NCBI GenBank assembly: GCA_963843845.1
Contig: CAWJMB010000002.1
Span: forward strand, 1,696,001-1,760,000
DNA from: an uncultured Gemmatimonadaceae bacterium
Lineage (GTDB): Bacteria > Gemmatimonadota > Gemmatimonadetes > Gemmatimonadales > Gemmatimonadaceae
Length of the DNA: 64,000 nucleotides
Direction of reading: 5' to 3'
The stretch's first letter is position 1; every line of letters begins with the position of its first letter. Shown here piece by piece: positions 19,537-30,117 of the stretch. The position numbers and the translations under genes are program-made. A model generated the notes under the pieces. That model ran no database searches and had not been told where the DNA came from. It was given only the letters and a program-made list of their open reading frames with translations.

Positions 19537-20918
19537 GCGTGCGTCGGCTCGTCGAGGGCGGCGAGATCGACCAGGTCGTAGAGCTCCGCGAGCAGGATCG
19601 GGTCGGGAGCGGGCGAGCGGCGGAGCGCGTCGCGTACTTCCTTCGCGCGCTCGAGCGCGGCGGCGCCCCGGTAGAGGAAGTCGTCGATCGAGGGGAGCGC
19701 CGATTCGTCAGGCACCGAGTCGCGCTCGGCCGCCGGCGGACCGTCGGCGAGGTCGGCCGGTGCGCCCGCTGCCTCGCCCGGCCGTTCGGTCGCGTCGACC
19801 AGCCCGAAGCCGTCCACGTTCGACAGGCTCGTCTCGATCAACGCGGCGAGCGCGTGGCCACTCGCGGGCGCCACGTCGCTCCTCGTCTCGGGTTCGGCGA
19901 CCGCGTCCGGAGCGGGAGCCGGAGCCGGCGCCACCGGCGCCACCGGCGCGGCGGCCGCCGGCGCGGCCTCGGTCGCGCGCGCGGGAGGGATCGCATCGAT
20001 CGGCGCCGTCGGCGTCGAGCGCGTCCACGTGACGCCGGCGCTCTCGACGAGCGCGTGGGCCGCGCCGTCGACGACCTCGAGCGCGCGTGCGTCGAGGCGT
20101 GCGAGCGCGTCGGCACGCGCGTTCGCGAAGTTGACGACGGGCGTGATGCCGTAGCTCGCGGCCAGCTCGCCGAGGTCCGCGAGCGCCGCGCGCAGGTCGG
20201 CGCCGATCGTACGCTGCGCGCCGTCGTCGGTGCCGCTCGCGCGCGCCTCGCCGATCAGCCGACGCAGCGACGACGCGAGTGGAACGGCCGCCTGTCGGAA
20301 GCGGAGATCCGCCGTGATCCGCGGCTGCGGATCGCGGTGCACGACGTGCGGGCCGTCGTCGTCGTAGTAGAGTCGCGCGATCGGCACCACGCCCGCCGTG
20401 CCCGCGCGGCCGTCATCCGCTCCGCGCGAGGCCGTCGCCGCACTCGATGCGGTGCTCGCCGAGGGGCCGACGGTCGCAGCAGGCGCGGCAGGCGTGCCGG
20501 GTGCCGCAGGCGCGTCCGACGGAACGATCCGCCGCAGTTCGTCGACGAGCCTCTGCGCGCGCGCCGTGTCCGCGGCGCCCGGGCTCCGAACGGTGCGCAC
20601 CAGCGCCTTCCCCCCGTCGAGCGCCGCGACGATCGCGTCGCTGACGTGCGGCACCCACGCGATCGACCGGTCGCGAACCCCGATCGCGATGCGCTCCATC
20701 GCGCTGGCCAGCTCCGCGATCGCCTGCTGCCGGGCCATCGTCGCGGCGCCACGCAACCCGCGCGTCAGTCGCACGAACGACTCGGCGTCCGGTCCGCGCG
20801 GACCCTCGCCGCCGCAGTGTGCGAGCGTCGCGTCGAGCTGACCCAGCAGCTCGTTCGCCTCGATCGCGAAGAAGTCGACGGCCGCGCTCGTGCCGCGCGG
20901 ATCGTGCGGCGCGGTCAC
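19533..20918 (-). CDS. Hypothetical protein with Hpt-like helical bundle lacking the phospho-acceptor His
   Basis: GTG overlaps the pdxJ stop. [15 protein letters not shown]...[16 protein letters not shown]...IAELASAME follows the Hpt/CheA-P1 pattern. Confidence 0.65.
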   Translation of the reverse strand: MTAPHDPRGTSAAVDFFAIEANELLGQLDATLAHCGGEGPRGPDAESFVRLTRGLRGAATMARQQAIAELASAMERIAIGVRDRSIAWVPHVSDAIVAALDGGKALVRTVRSPGAADTARAQRLVDELRRIVPSDAPAAPGTPAAPAATVGPSASTASSAATASRGADDGRAGTAGVVPIARLYYDDDGPHVVHRDPQPRITADLRFRQAAVPLASSLRRLIGEARASGTDDGAQRTIGADLRAALADLGELAASYGITPVVNFANARADALARLDARALEVVDGAAHALVESAGVTWTRSTPTAPIDAIPPARATEAAPAAAAPVAPVAPAPAPAPDAVAEPETRSDVAPASGHALAALIETSLSNVDGFGLVDATERPGEAAGAPADLADGPPAAERDSVPDESALPSIDDFLYRGAAALERAKEVRDALRRSPAPDPILLAELYDLVDLAALDEPTHA

Positions 20919-21688
20919 GGCCGTGCGGGGCTCGCGTGGAGTGACCCTCGCGCCGTGTCCATGGCCGCGCGGATCTCGCGCACGCTCGCGGCGAGGCCGA
21001 CGAAGACGGCGCGGCTCACGATGGAGTGGCCGATGTTCAACTCCTCGATCTCCGGAATCGCGGCGACGGGCCCGACGTTCCGCACGGTCAGGCCGTGGCC
21101 CGCGTGCACGGCGAGTCCGAGCGACGCGCCGAGCCGCGACGCGGCGTCGAGCGCGCCGAGCGGTTCGGGATCGTCCGGGTGGTGCGCATAGCGTCCCGTG
21201 TGCAGCTCGATCGCGTCGGCGCCGAGGTCGCACGAGCGGCGTACGGTCGTCTCGTCGGCATCGATGAACAGACTCGTGCGGATGCCCGCGCGTTTCAGCG
21301 CCTCGAGCAACTCGGCCAGTCGGGTCGCATCACGAGAGACGTCCAGGCCCCCCTCGGTCGTGATCTCCTCGCGCCGCTCGGGAACGATCGTCACCTCGTA
21401 GGGCCGGAGCTGGAGCGCGACGTCGCGCATCTCCGCGGTCGCCGCCATCTCCAGATTGAGCGCCGTGCGGACCGATGTGGCGAGGGCGGCGACATCCGCG
21501 TCCTGCACGTGGCGGCGATCCTCCCGCAGGTGCGCGGTGATGCCGTCGGCGCCGGCATCCTCGCACAGCCGCGCGGCCTCGGCCGGGTCGGGCTCGTCGG
21601 TCCGGCGCGCCTGCCGCAGCGTGGCGACGTGATCGATGTTGACGTAGAGGCGCTGATGGCGCGCGACGAAGCGACCGTCGTCGGTCAT
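20915..21688 (-). CDS. pdxJ: Pyridoxine 5'-phosphate synthase
   Basis: [42 protein letters not shown]. Confidence 0.97.
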   Translation of the reverse strand: MTDDGRFVARHQRLYVNIDHVATLRQARRTDEPDPAEAARLCEDAGADGITAHLREDRRHVQDADVAALATSVRTALNLEMAATAEMRDVALQLRPYEVTIVPERREEITTEGGLDVSRDATRLAELLEALKRAGIRTSLFIDADETTVRRSCDLGADAIELHTGRYAHHPDDPEPLGALDAASRLGASLGLAVHAGHGLTVRNVGPVAAIPEIEELNIGHSIVSRAVFVGLAASVREIRAAMDTARGSLHASPARP

Positions 21689-21784
21689 GATTGGAAAGGC
21701 GGGACGAACGCGAAAGTCGGGTGCTGGCGGGTCGCGCTAGCTTACGCGTGGCAGGCAACGATCGTCGACAACCTCGGAGCGAGC

Positions 21785-22225
21785 GTGCGTAAGATAGTCG
21801 CCCACATGATGATAGCGGCCATGGCCGCGCTCGCCGCGAGCTGCCGGTCGGCACCGGCGGGGAGCGCGGCCGGGGCGCTCACGGCGTCGGCCGCGGTGCA
21901 GCAGTTCCTCGCCGCCGCCCAAGCGTCGAACGTCACGGCGATGTCGCAGCTGTTCGGCACGGCGAGCGGGCCGATCACGACGCGCGAGTCGGCGAACGAT
22001 GTCGAGAAGCGGATGCGCGCGTTGCAGTGCTACCTCACGCACGACTCGGCGCGGCTGGTCGACGACCTGCCGGGGACGGGCGCGACGCGAAACGTCACGG
22101 TGGAGCTGACGAGCAGAACGCTCACCCGTCGCACGGTGTTCACGACGGTCCCCGGGCCGCGTCAGCGGTGGTTCGTGAGCGCATTCGACATCCAGCGTCT
22201 GACCGATCTCTGCCGCCCCGGCTGA
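21785..22225 (+). CDS. Hypothetical lipoprotein (NTF2-like shape)
   Basis: GTG start, signal MRKIVAHMMIAAMAALAASC, AVQQFLAAA...RWFV. Confidence 0.65.
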   Translation: MRKIVAHMMIAAMAALAASCRSAPAGSAAGALTASAAVQQFLAAAQASNVTAMSQLFGTASGPITTRESANDVEKRMRALQCYLTHDSARLVDDLPGTGATRNVTVELTSRTLTRRTVFTTVPGPRQRWFVSAFDIQRLTDLCRPG

Positions 22226-22265
22226 GCCGCGCCCGGCGTCGCCGGTCCCGGGCTCGGCGCGGTCG

Positions 22266-22706
22266 CTAATGTTCGGACAGCTCGACGAGCACCCCTGCGG
22301 TCACGCTCGGATGGAGAAACGCGATGCGTTTTCCTTCGGCGCCGATGCGGGGGTGCTCGTCGATCAGGCGAAGACCGGCGCGGCGACAGCGGTCGAGCGT
22401 CGCGTCGAGGTCGTCCACGGCGAAGCAGATGTGGTGGATGCCAGGGCCGCGCTTCGCGACGAACTTCCCGATCGGCGAGGTCTCGTCGGCCGCCTCGAGC
22501 AGCTCGACGAGCGGATCGCCCGCCGCGTCGCCGGCGACGAGGCCGACGATGCGCGCGCCGTCGGCGTCGTCGAGGGGCGTCTCCGGCATGCCGAGCACGT
22601 CGCGATAGAACGGCACGATCTCGTGCAGCGAGCGGACGGCGATGCCGACGTGCGCGATGCGAGTGCCGCGGTCGCGCTTGTCGTGCGGGGTAGACTGGTC
22701 TGGCAT
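22266..22706 (-). CDS. mce: Methylmalonyl-CoA epimerase
   Basis: IAHVGIAV, VELLE...SPIGKFVAKRGPGIHHICFAV, PRIGAEGKRIAFLHP..GVLVEL. Confidence 0.9.
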   Translation of the reverse strand: MPDQSTPHDKRDRGTRIAHVGIAVRSLHEIVPFYRDVLGMPETPLDDADGARIVGLVAGDAAGDPLVELLEAADETSPIGKFVAKRGPGIHHICFAVDDLDATLDRCRRAGLRLIDEHPRIGAEGKRIAFLHPSVTAGVLVELSEH

Positions 22707-22808
22707 GAGGTTGGCGCTCTGATTCGTCAGGCGCACCGCGCATCCGGTCGGTGCGGGAGCGACAACTTACTCACGGAACAGAGCGGCGAGCACGCCGCGG
22801 GGGATGGT

Positions 22809-23132
22809 ATGGCGAACGTGACTGCAGTGACCGACGCGACGTGGCAGCAGGAGATCGAGCAGCATGACGGGCTCGCGGTCGTGGACTTCTGGGCGACGTG
22901 GTGCGGCCCGTGCCGCATGATCGCGCCGATCGTCGATCAGCTCGCGAGCGAGTACGATGGCAAGGCCAAAGTCATGAAGCTCGACGTCGACAACAACCAG
23001 ACGACGGCGATGAAGTTCAACATCCGCTCGATCCCGCAGATCCTGTTCTTCAAGGGGGGCAAGGTCGTCGACACCATCGTCGGCGCGGTGCCGCGGACGG
23101 CGCTCGAAGCGAAGTTCAAGCAGCACGCGTGA
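22809..23132 (+). CDS. trxA: Thioredoxin
   Basis: VDFWATWCGPCRMIAP...IRSIP. Confidence 0.97.
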   Translation: MANVTAVTDATWQQEIEQHDGLAVVDFWATWCGPCRMIAPIVDQLASEYDGKAKVMKLDVDNNQTTAMKFNIRSIPQILFFKGGKVVDTIVGAVPRTALEAKFKQHA

Positions 23133-24049
23133 GAGAGGCCGGAGATCGGGGTTCGGGGATCGGAGATCGCCACGACGGTCGTGGAGCGGATCCCGATCCC
23201 CGATCCCCGGTTCCCGGCATTCTCTACATCGTCAGCACTCCCATCGGCCACCTCGGCGACGTCTCGCGTCGGGCGGTCGAGACGCTGAGCGCCGTCAGCG
23301 CGGTGCTCGCGGAGGACACGCGCCACTCGCGGCGGTTGCTCGACGCGTACGAGGTGCGCACGCCGACGCTGGCGTATCACGAGCACAACGAGGCGCGCGC
23401 CACGCCGGCGCTCGTCGCGCGCCTCGTCGCCGGGGAGAGCTTGGCGCTCGTCTCGGACGCCGGCACGCCGCTGCTCTCGGATCCGGGCGCGAGGCTCGTC
23501 GCGGCGGCGATCGACGCCGGGATCGTGGTCTCGCCCGTGCCCGGCGCGTCCGCGCTGCTCGCCGCGCTCGTCGCGAGCGGGCTCGACGCGACCCGCTTCA
23601 CCTTTCTCGGCTTCCTCGCGCGCAAGGGGCGCGAACGCGGCGACGCCATCGCGGACATCGTCGCGGCGCGACACACGATGGTGGTCTACGAGGCGCCCGG
23701 ACGGGTCGCCGGCACGCTCGGTCGATCTCGCCGCGGCAGGGGCCGGGGCGCGCCGCGCGGTCGTCGCGCGCGAACTGACGAAGGCGTTCGAGGAGGTGCG
23801 CCGCGGAACGGTCGACGCCCTCGCCGCGTATTACGCGGAGCACCCGCCACGCGGCGAGGTCGTGCTCGTCGTCGAGGGCGCGACGGCGGCGCGCGACGTC
23901 GATGCGTCGACTGTACACGCCCGCGCGACGGCGTTGCGGGCCGGCGGGTCGTCCGCGCGTGACGCGGCGCAGGCGCTCGTCGCGGAGTTCGGCATCGGTC
24001 GGAACGAGGCGTATCGGATCGTCGCAGACGCTCGAGCGACGGGCAGTAA
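23129..24049 (+). CDS. rsmI: 16S rRNA (cytidine1402-2'-O)-methyltransferase (frameshifted; end approximate)
   Basis: LYIVSTPIGHLGD, AEDTRHS, LVSDAGTPLLSDPG, YEAP, RELTKAFEE, RGEVVLVV. Confidence 0.9.
23138..23218. repeat. Imperfect ~33-bp inverted repeat built from GGRGWTC heptamers
   Basis: Left arm gccggagatcggggttcggggatcggagatcgc; right arm gcggatcccgatccccgatccccggttcccggc. Confidence 0.85.
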
Positions 24050-24066
24050 CTCTTCACGAGGCGGCA

Positions 24067-24815
24067 TGCGGAACGCGAATCGAACGTGGCGGCGCGCCGC
24101 ACGATGGGCCGTGCTGGTCGATCACCTGCACCATCGCGACGGCGATGACCGTGCGCGCCGAAGCTGACGATCGGCGCGCCTGCAGTACGAGGGCGGCGGC
24201 GACTGGTACGCGAATCCGTCGAGCCTGCCGAACTTGTTGAGCGCGATCCGCGAGCGGACGGCGCTCCCTGTCGAGAAGGAGGAGGCGCGCGTCCGGCTGA
24301 CCGACGAGCGACTCTGGGACTACCCGTACCTGCACCTCACCGGCCACGGCAACATCCGCTTCTCGGACGCCGAACTGGTGCGGCTGCGCGACTACGTGGC
24401 GCGCGGCGGGTTCCTGCACGCGGACGACAACTACGGCCTCGACGAGAGCTTTCGCCGCGAGATGGCGCGCGCATTCCCCGACCGGCCGCTCGTCGAGGTC
24501 CCGCTCTCGCACCCGATCTACCACGCCGTCTACGACTTCCCGCGCGGGCTGCCGAAGGTCCACGAGCACGACGGCAAGCCGCCGCGCGGGTACGGCATCT
24601 TCATCGGGAATCGGCTCGCGGTGTTCTACACTCGTCGAGTGCGATCTGGGGAACGGATGGGAGGATCGTCGGGACGTACCCGAGCGATCCGCCCGCGGTC
24701 GCACGAGAATGCGCTGCGGATGGGCGTGAACCTGTTCGTCTACGCCGTCACGAGCCGCATCGGTGACGCCTTCCTCCACGCAACGATGACCGTCGGCGAG
24801 CTGGTCGATGCGTGA
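24067..24815 (+). CDS. DUF4159 domain protein (frameshifted)
   Basis: RLQYEGGGDWYANPSSLPNLL, YPYLHLTGHG, GGFLHADDNYG, GLPKVHEHDG, ALRMGVNLFVYA. Confidence 0.85.
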
Positions 24816-27800
24816 GCAGCGTCGGCTGCGCGCGCGATTGCTCGTGGGGGCGGCGGCGACGCGGCGTCGCGGCCGCCGCCGTTCTCCTCGGCGCTGGGGT
24901 GCTCGCTACTCGCGAACGCGCGCTGGCTCGCGCTGCCGCGCGCGCTGCCGACGCTCGTGTGGCTGATCGTGGCGGCCGCCGCCGCGGCGGTCGCGCTGCG
25001 TCGTGCGACGCGCGTTCGGCCGCCAGGCGACGACGGCGAGCGTCGCGTCGGCGATCGAGCACGAGCGGTCGCTACGGACCGGCGAGTTGCGCGGCGCGCT
25101 CGAGATCGGCGGCCAGGGCGCGTTGGGCGCTCTCGCCGCGCAGGCGACGGCCGAGCGGCGTGCGTCGGAGCGCGCCGAGCCATGCACTGGCGCCGGCGCT
25201 CCAGCGCCGTGCGGCGCGCCGCGCGCTCACCTCAGGCGGCGTGGCCGCCGCGGCGGTCGGGGCGCTCGTCGCGATCGCCGTCGTCGCGCGCGACGGCGCG
25301 GCCGCGCTGCTGCACCCGGCCGACGCCTGGCGCGGAACGCTGCTCGCGCCGCTGCGCTTCGAAGGAATGCCGCATGCCATTCTGCGTGGCGAGCGGCTGC
25401 GGGTACGCGTGCAGGCGCCCGGGCGGCGGTGGGTGCGCGTCGCGCGTCGCACGACCGGTCAGCCCTGGCGCCTCGACGAGGTGCGGGTCGACGCGCAGGG
25501 GATCGCGACGATGGACGCCGGGCTCGTCGACGCCGACCTGGTGATCGCCGCGAGCGACGGTCGCACGACGACGGACACGGCACACGTGGCGGTCGCCGAT
25601 CGCGCGTTCGTCGGCGACGTCGCGATCCGCGCGGAGTACCCGACCTACCTCGGCCGCGCAGCGGAATCGTTGTCGGCCGCCGAGCCGGTGCGCGTGCCGC
25701 GTGGCACGGTGCTGCTGGTGAGTGGACGCGCCTCGACGGCGCTACGCGACGTCGTGCTCTCCGCGGGGGCGCACACCGTCCGCCTCACCGCGACGGGGCA
25801 TACGTTCGCCGGACGGCTGGTCGCGGAGTCCAGCGGGCGGTGGACGTGGCAGGCCCTCGGCGCGTCGGGGCCGCTGGGCGACGGTGCCGGACGCGGTCGA
25901 GCTCGACGGTGCTCGCGGACTCGTCGCCGCGCGCCGAGATCGTGACGCCGACGGCGGACAGCACGGTCGACGGGCTCGCGCCGGTGTCGCTCTCGCTCGC
26001 GGCGAGCGACGACCACGGACTCGCGAGCGTGACGCTCCGCGTGTGGCGCGAGCGCGCCGACGGCACGCGCGAGGCGGCGACCGACACGCGGCTCGCCGGT
26101 GCGGGTCCCCTCTGGTCGGGGGAGGCGACGGTAGATCTCGCGGCGCGCAAGATGGCGCCGGGCGACAAGCTGCATCTGCAGGCCGTGGCGATCGACGCGT
26201 CGCCATGGCGCCAGACGGGAACGAGCCGAGACCTCGTGCTGCGCGTGCCGTCGACGAGCGAGCTCCGGGCGCAGGCGCGCGCGGCCGCCGACTCCGCCGT
26301 GGCACGAGCGACGGCCGCGGCGCAGGCGCAACGCGAGCTGGCGCAACGCACCAGTGACGCGGCGCGGTCGCGCGAGCAGGGCACGAAGGAGGATCCGAAC
26401 AGCTTCCAGGGCACGAAAGCGGGGAGCGGCGGCGAGAAGGCGATGAGCTACTCGGCTGCCGAGCGGGCGAAGGGACTCGCGCAGGAGCAGCGGCAGCTCT
26501 CGAACCGCGTGCAGTCGCTGCAGGAGCAGGCGAAGACGCTCGAGCGGCAGCTCAAACAGGCAGGTGCGCTCGACAGCGCGCTGGCCGGTCAGCTCGCGGA
26601 CGTGCAGCGCCTGTTGAAGGAGGCGCTCACCCCGGAGCTGGCGCAGCAGCTCCAGTCGCTCGAGCAGAACGCGGGCAAGCTGTCTGGTGGTCAGGCGCAG
26701 CAGTCGCTCGAGCAACTCGCGGCGCAGCAGCGCGCCTTGCGGCAGCAGCTGGAGAAGAGCGTCGACATGCTGAAGCGCGCGGCGCTCGAGGGGTCGATGC
26801 AGACGCTCCGTGACGAGGCGCGCGACCTCGCGTCCGCGCAGAAGCAGGAGGCGGCGCGACCCGGCGGCGGTCAGGAGCGAGCCGGCCAGCAGCAGAACGG
26901 CCAGCAGCAGAACGGCCAGCAGCAGAACGGCCAGCCGCAGAACGGCCAGCAGCAGGGCGCGCAGCCGTCGCGCGACGCGGAGCAGCAGCAGTCGTCTGCC
27001 GAGCGCGCGAAGGAGCTGGCCGAACGGTCGCGCGCGCTCACGAAGGACGTCGAGCAGCTCACCAAGCGACTCCGTGAGGAGAAAGCCGACGCCGGAGCGC
27101 AACGGGCCGCCGAAGCCGCACGCCATGCTGACGAAGCAGCCGACGCGATGGAGCGCGCTGCGCGGAGAAGGCGCGCGACGCGGCGAGATCGGAGCCGCCT
27201 AACGGTTCGCAGCGCGGCGAGCGACAGAGTGGGCAGCCGCAGACTGGGCAGCAGCAGGGCGGCCGCAGGCAGCAGGGCGGCCAGCAGCAGGGCGGCCAGC
27301 AGCAGGGCGGCCAGCAGCAGGGCGGTGAGCGTCAGAGCGGCCAGCGCCAGCAGGGTGCCTCGCCCGACGGCGCGCGCGCGGCAGAGCAGGCTGCGAACGA
27401 GATGCAGCAGGCCGCCGACCAGCTCGCGCAGGCGCGGCAGAGTCAGATCGATGCCTGGAAGAACGAGCTCGGCGGCGAGCTCGATCGCGCGATCCAGGAG
27501 ACGATGCAGATGGCCCGCGAGCAGGGCGCGGTGGAGCAGCAGGCGCGGAGCGGCGCCGACGCGCAGAGCGTGCGCTCCGCACAGAGCGCCGTGCAGCAGG
27601 GCGTCGAGCAGACGGCGCAGCGGCTCGACCAGGCCGGCAAGAAGTCGTCGCTTCTCTCGCAGCGCGCACAGCGCGCGCTCGACGACGCCCAGCAGCAGGT
27701 GTCGGAGGCGACGCGCGCTGCCCAGCAGCAGGGCACGCCGCAGGGAGGCCAGAGCGGCGATGCGTCTCGCACGTCGAACGCGATGAAGGAAGCGGGCGAG

Positions 27801-28426
27801 GCGCTGAACCGCGCCGCGGCGTCGCTCGTGCGCGACCGCGAGCGGGTGAACGGCGCGCAGTCCGCGTCGGGCTTCGAGGACATGATCCAGCAGATGAAGG
27901 AGCTGGCGAAGCAGCAGGGGCAGATCAACTCGCAGGCGTCGGGTCTGCCGATGCCTGGCCAGCAGGGCGGGGAGTCGTCGCGCGACGCCGCACGTCAGCT
28001 CGCCAAGCAACAGCGCGGCGTCGCCGACAAGCTCGAGGAGCTCGGCGACGGCGACCCGTCGGGGCGGAGCGACGCGCTCGCGAAAGAGGCGCGGCAGCTC
28101 GCGCAGCAGCTCGACCGCGCGGGAGCGGACCCGTTGACGGCGCAGCGGCAGCAGCAGCTCTACCGGCGACTGCTCGACGCCGGCCGCACGCTCGAGCAGA
28201 ACGAGCGCGACGAGAGCGGCAAACGCGAGGCGAAGTCGGGGACCGGTGTCGACGGTGTCGCCCCCGCGAGCGGCGCCGCGAACGGGCGCAGCGCGACGAA
28301 GTATCGAGCGCCGGACTGGACGCAGCTCCGCGGCCTCTCCGCCGACGAGCGCCGCCTCGTGCTCGAGTACTTCCGCCGACTGAACGGGGGACTGCGCCGA
28401 CGCCGCCGACGCCGCCGACGCCGTGA
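24786..28426 (+). CDS. Large DUF4175-like membrane protein with Ig-like domains and Gln-rich coiled coil (frameshifted)
   Basis: N-terminal TM segments, AEYPTYLGR, ASDDHGL, long Q/E-rich heptads, RLLDAGRTLEQ...RRLVLEYFRRLN. Stitched across frames; the stop TGA overlaps the next GTG. Confidence 0.72.
26884..26958 (+). repeat. Coding tandem repeat, 5 x 15 bp (GQQQN)
   Basis: ggccagcagcagaac units. Confidence 0.9.
27246..27323 (+). repeat. Coding tandem repeat, about 5 x 15 bp (GQQQG)
   Basis: ggccagcagcagggc units. Confidence 0.85.
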
Positions 28427-30117
28427 GGTGGCGTCGCGTGAGGCACCTTGCCGCGATGTGCGGGCTCGTCGTCGGTGCGGCCCCCGTCGCGGCGGCGCAG
28501 CAGGCGAGCGCGCTCGCCCGCGCGCTCGACTTCGAGAGCGCGAACAGGATGCGTGACGCGATCGTCGCATTCCGCGAGGCCTACCACAACGCGGGGACCG
28601 ACGACGAGTCGCGCACGTCGGCGATTCTCGGACTCGAGCGTGCGTTCGCGTCGCTCGGTCAGGTGGACTCCATTCTCCCGGTCGTCGAGCCGGCGATGCG
28701 CGCCAAGCCGCGCGACCCGACGCTGCGCACGATCCAGCTCCGCGCGCTGCACATGCTCGGTCGAGAGGACGAGGTGCGGGCCGCGTTCGACCGGTGGCGT
28801 GCCGCCATTCCCGATGACGCCGCGCCCTACCGGGAGTACGCGCGCCAGCTGCTGACCGCGGGCCGCGCCGCGGCCGCCGACACGGTGCTCAAGCTCGCCG
28901 CACGCATGCTCCGCGGCTCGCGTGAGCTGGCGCTGGAGACTGCGCAGACGCAGGCGTCGTTAGGCCTGTGGTCGCAATCCGCGACGTCGTGGCGCGAGTC
29001 GCTGTCGCGCGTCGCGTACGCCGAGGCCGCGGCCGTGTTCTCGTTGCAGGGTGCGCCGCCGGCGGCGCGCGATTCGATCCGCGCCGTCCTCCTCGCGCCG
29101 CCGCCGTCGCTGCCCGTGCGCCGAACGCTCGCGACCCTGCTCCTCGCGTGGCGTCAGCCGACCGATGCGTGGACGGCGCTCGCCGACGTCGCCCCTGACG
29201 ACTCGGCCGTCGCCGCTTGGCGCGATTTCGCGGCCCGCGCGGAGGACGCCGAGGCGTGGAGCGCAGCGCGCGACGCGTGGGCGCGCGTGGCGGACCGCCG
29301 CGGCGGGGCGGTCGCGTATCTTCGCGCCGCCACGGCGGCGCTCGCCGCGCGCGATCCGGCGTCGGCGCTGGCGCTCCTCGACCGGGCGCGCGACTCCGCG
29401 TCGACACGGACGGCCACCGTGCTCCGGATCGAGGCGCTCGCCGGACTCGGTCGCGCAGCGGACGCGGCGCAGGCCGCGAGCGTGTCGTCGTCGGCCCTCG
29501 GCGCCGGAGATCGGGCGCGCCTCGCCGTGGTCGTCGCCGACGCGTGGGTGCGCGCCGGGGATGTCACGAAGGCGCGCGCCGCGCTCGCCGCGTCTGGCGA
29601 GTCGGCGGAGAGCGCGGCGAGTGGGTGGCTCGCGCTCTACGACGGCGACCTCGCGCAGGCGCGCACGCTGCTCAAACGGCCGACCGACTCGCCGAGCATC
29701 GACCCGGCGCTGGGCATGACTGCGCTGGCGCTGCTGTCGCGCACGCGCGCCACGTCGGCGCCTGTCGTCGGCGAGGCGTTCCTCAGCGCGGCGCGCGGAG
29801 ATTCGGCGCGTGCGATCGAGCGGTTCGAGAGCGCGGTCACGTCGGTGCCCGAGGCGGCGTCGCTGCTGCTCGCGGCTTCGGCGCGGCTCCGGCTCGCGCG
29901 GCGCGACACGACGGGTGCGGTGGCGCGATGGCAGACCATCATGAGCGCCCACGGCGACTCGCCCGAGGCGCCCGAAGCCGAACTCGCGTGGGCACGCGTG
30001 CTGATCGGACGCGGCGATCGCGCGGCGGCAGCCGAGAAGCTCGAGCACCTGATCGTCACCTATCCGCGGAGCGCGCTCGTCCCGATCGCGCGCCGCGAGC
30101 TGGAGCGGAGTCGATGA
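28423..30117 (+). CDS. Exported tetratricopeptide-repeat protein
   Basis: Signal peptide, Ala-rich helical repeats, C-terminal LEHLIVTYPRSALVPIARR. Confidence 0.8.
   Translation: MRWRRVRHLAAMCGLVVGAAPVAAAQQASALARALDFESANRMRDAIVAFREAYHNAGTDDESRTSAILGLERAFASLGQVDSILPVVEPAMRAKPRDPTLRTIQLRALHMLGREDEVRAAFDRWRAAIPDDAAPYREYARQLLTAGRAAAADTVLKLAARMLRGSRELALETAQTQASLGLWSQSATSWRESLSRVAYAEAAAVFSLQGAPPAARDSIRAVLLAPPPSLPVRRTLATLLLAWRQPTDAWTALADVAPDDSAVAAWRDFAARAEDAEAWSAARDAWARVADRRGGAVAYLRAATAALAARDPASALALLDRARDSASTRTATVLRIEALAGLGRAADAAQAASVSSSALGAGDRARLAVVVADAWVRAGDVTKARAALAASGESAESAASGWLALYDGDLAQARTLLKRPTDSPSIDPALGMTALALLSRTRATSAPVVGEAFLSAARGDSARAIERFESAVTSVPEAASLLLAASARLRLARRDTTGAVARWQTIMSAHGDSPEAPEAELAWARVLIGRGDRAAAAEKLEHLIVTYPRSALVPIARRELERSR

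Noticed and set aside
26884..27323. CRISPR array
   Set aside because: Tandem coding repeats without unique spacers; no cas genes.
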